35,404 nucleotides of DNA from a virus. The position numbers and the translations under genes were made by a program. Positions 33,965 through 35,404 of the stretch are shown one piece after another; positions within the stretch are counted from its first letter, which is position 1; every line of letters begins with the position of its first letter. Below the pieces are notes generated by a model, which did not search any database, had not been told where the DNA came from, and saw only the letters and a list, made by a program, of their open reading frames with translations. The stretch lies in IMG/VR virus record IMGVR_UViG_3300038365_000136. One strand, 5' to 3'.

Positions 33965-34129
33965 ATGGAGCCAATCGCCATCAAACCGGTTAAGGGCAAC
34001 TACCTTACGGCCGTCCCAAAGAAGGCCCTGGATTGTATCGGGGTCAAGGCAGGCGATGAGATCTGCTACTACGTCGATACGCAGAACAGATCGATCACCA
34101 TAAAGCCGAAGGCGGAGGCCCAGGTTTGA
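33965..34129 (+). CDS. 54-aa AbrB/MazE/SpoVT-family protein (not in ORF track)
   Basis: MEPIAIKPVKGNYLTAVPKKALDCIGVKAGDEICYYVDTQNRSITIKPKAEAQV. Confidence 0.7.
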   Translation: MEPIAIKPVKGNYLTAVPKKALDCIGVKAGDEICYYVDTQNRSITIKPKAEAQV

Positions 34130-34231
34130 TGCCTGGGTCGGCAAGCCTCAATGTCCAACGATCTTCTGATGCAGCGGAGGCAACCGATTGCAAGATTATT
34201 TTAGTCAGTGGAATGAATCCGGGGGACAGAG

Positions 34232-35236
34232 ATGCTGAACAGAAATCAGGTTTGGTATCTCGATTCCCTACGCATAAACTTCTTAGAAACCCTACACCGG
34301 AGAAAGGACCTGGACCAGAACACGCTCACGGAGTACAACCGGATCCTGTGCATAGCGACGGAGGAATGGATCGCTGCTGGCTTCGACCCTTTGCCGAAGC
34401 GAGTCGGAGAGGATCATATCGATCATCTCCACCATGTTGTCTACCCTCGAACGCTGTCGCCGTATCAGAATCGCAAGCAGATCGCCACAGTTGGGCAGTA
34501 CTTGCAGTTCTGCGGGAACAACATCGTGAAGAAGATGATGATCCCGTGGCCGCCGAACACCCGTCCCAACGCCCAATGGTACACGGACGAAGAGGCGGTA
34601 AGGATGCTCGACGCATCCGAGCGGAACCCCATGTGGCGGATGCTGATGCACCTGGAGCTGAGAATGCTCTGCCGGAGAGTGGACGCCAAGCGCCTGACCA
34701 TAAAGGACGTCGAGCTGAACATGCTGCAAATACGCGGCAAGGGGCGGCAAGGCGGCAAGTGGAGAACCCTCGCATGGGCTCCCGAAACGCTCTCGGTGGT
34801 CCAGGAGTACTCCGACTATCGCGAAGAATTGATCTCCAACGCATTAGAGATCAATCCGAACCAGACGATACCGCAGGAAGTGATGCTCTACGCGCAGTAC
34901 GGATGGAAGCTGGGAGCAATGCAGGAGGGTGCCCTGGACACGATGCTCAAGGACATCGCCGATGCAGCGGGAATACCGTACAACCTGGCCACGCACCACA
35001 CCAACCGTCGGAGCGGGGCCGGCATCTACATCCGGGCCAAGGTGCCGGTGAGGATAGTGATGGCCGCTCTCGGCCACAAGTCCGAGGCACAGACCTGGAA
35101 GTATGCCGGAATGCACGTGGAGGACATGGCCGAGAATCAACCCCTCGTGACCGAGTACCTGCAAAATGTGAGGGCGAGAATGGTGGACGAGCCTTACCGG
35201 GCAGAGAACTACCGTCCCGTGCTCATCGCGAGGTGA
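34232..35236 (+). CDS. int: Tyrosine recombinase/integrase
   Basis: Catalytic set R (LCRRVDAK), K (RGKG), HxxR (HTNRRS), H (LGH), Y (TWKY); intact, not split. Confidence 0.9.
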   Translation: MLNRNQVWYLDSLRINFLETLHRRKDLDQNTLTEYNRILCIATEEWIAAGFDPLPKRVGEDHIDHLHHVVYPRTLSPYQNRKQIATVGQYLQFCGNNIVKKMMIPWPPNTRPNAQWYTDEEAVRMLDASERNPMWRMLMHLELRMLCRRVDAKRLTIKDVELNMLQIRGKGRQGGKWRTLAWAPETLSVVQEYSDYREELISNALEINPNQTIPQEVMLYAQYGWKLGAMQEGALDTMLKDIADAAGIPYNLATHHTNRRSGAGIYIRAKVPVRIVMAALGHKSEAQTWKYAGMHVEDMAENQPLVTEYLQNVRARMVDEPYRAENYRPVLIAR

Positions 35237-35294
35237 ACGCCTCGCCGGAGGAGGCTCCCTACTACCTCTCTCCGGCAAGGGGTAAAGCTCCTGA

Positions 35295-35313
35295 CCCATT
35301 TTCAGCAAATGGG
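35295..35313. other. Hairpin CCCATTT-TCAGC-AAATGGG between integrase and att core
   Basis: 7-bp perfect stem, extendable by CTCC/GGAG. Confidence 0.4.
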
Positions 35314-35328
35314 CGGAGCCAGCAAATG

Positions 35329-35349
35329 TGGTGGGCCCGAAGAGATTCG
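35329..35349 (-). other. att core: 3' end of a tRNA (T-loop to CCA), not a complete tRNA gene
   Basis: Minus strand CGAAT-CTCTT-CGGGCCC-A-CCA = T-loop end, T-stem 3' arm, acceptor 3' arm, discriminator, CCA; upstream sequence gives no matching T-stem or acceptor 5' arm. Confidence 0.8.
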
Positions 35350-35404
35350 GGGTGCGCATCCACCTCTGGCCATCAAATAGATGCTGAAAACAAGATAGAA
35401 ACCC

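Larger units (their letters stand above)
1..35349. mobile_element. Archaeal provirus or integrative element (pleolipovirus/inovirus-like morphogenesis module, ParB, tyrosine integrase, tRNA-derived att core); left end outside window
   Basis: Integrase at 34232-35236 next to a tRNA 3'-end fragment; Zot-like ATPase with membrane proteins; dense phage-type microprotein operon; DUF5131; archaeal promoter and SD signals. Confidence 0.85.

Noticed and set aside
33953-33966. ATTTACCCGGCATG as a sixth palindrome copy
   Set aside because: Extra C and no right arm; too many mismatches.

Overview
The window is most of a large (>35 kb) GC-rich archaeal provirus or integrative element; its left end lies outside the window. 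The archaeal assignment rests on TATA-type promoters, GGAGG/GGTGA Shine-Dalgarno sites, a PKD domain and a COG4738-like regulator. The host is probably a methanogen or Thermoplasmatota member, which is inference. Layout, left to right: (i) 1-8428, a membrane-anchored morphogenesis-like module (PKD/Ig protein, spike candidate, Zn-dependent phospholipase C-family protein, small membrane proteins, Zot/pI-like P-loop ATPase, Lys/Ala/Pro-rich protein) with no head-tail genes visible; (ii) 8446-16479, 12 tightly coupled, mostly unrelated ORFs, 11 of which begin with the same peptide, GW-x4-RRH-x-[DE]-AA-x-[KR]-G, conserved at protein rather than DNA level; (iii) 16671-20286, an opposite-strand accessory block; (iv) 20567-32975, an early-type operon of microproteins with ParB, a Toprim/TopoVI-A-like protein and DUF5131; (v) 33657-35349, divergent AbrB-like genes, a tyrosine integrase and a 21-bp tRNA 3'-end att core. 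The best candidate for a new system is the N-terminal tag array, read here as a possible virion cargo-loading signal on anti-defence-type effectors. Other non-random signals are a 14-bp palindrome (5 copies, parS/operator candidate), a 12-nt GGAGGCAACCAA motif (6 copies), repeated gene-junction linkers and C-terminal PIP-box-like motifs. All family assignments come from motif recognition by eye; no searches were run.
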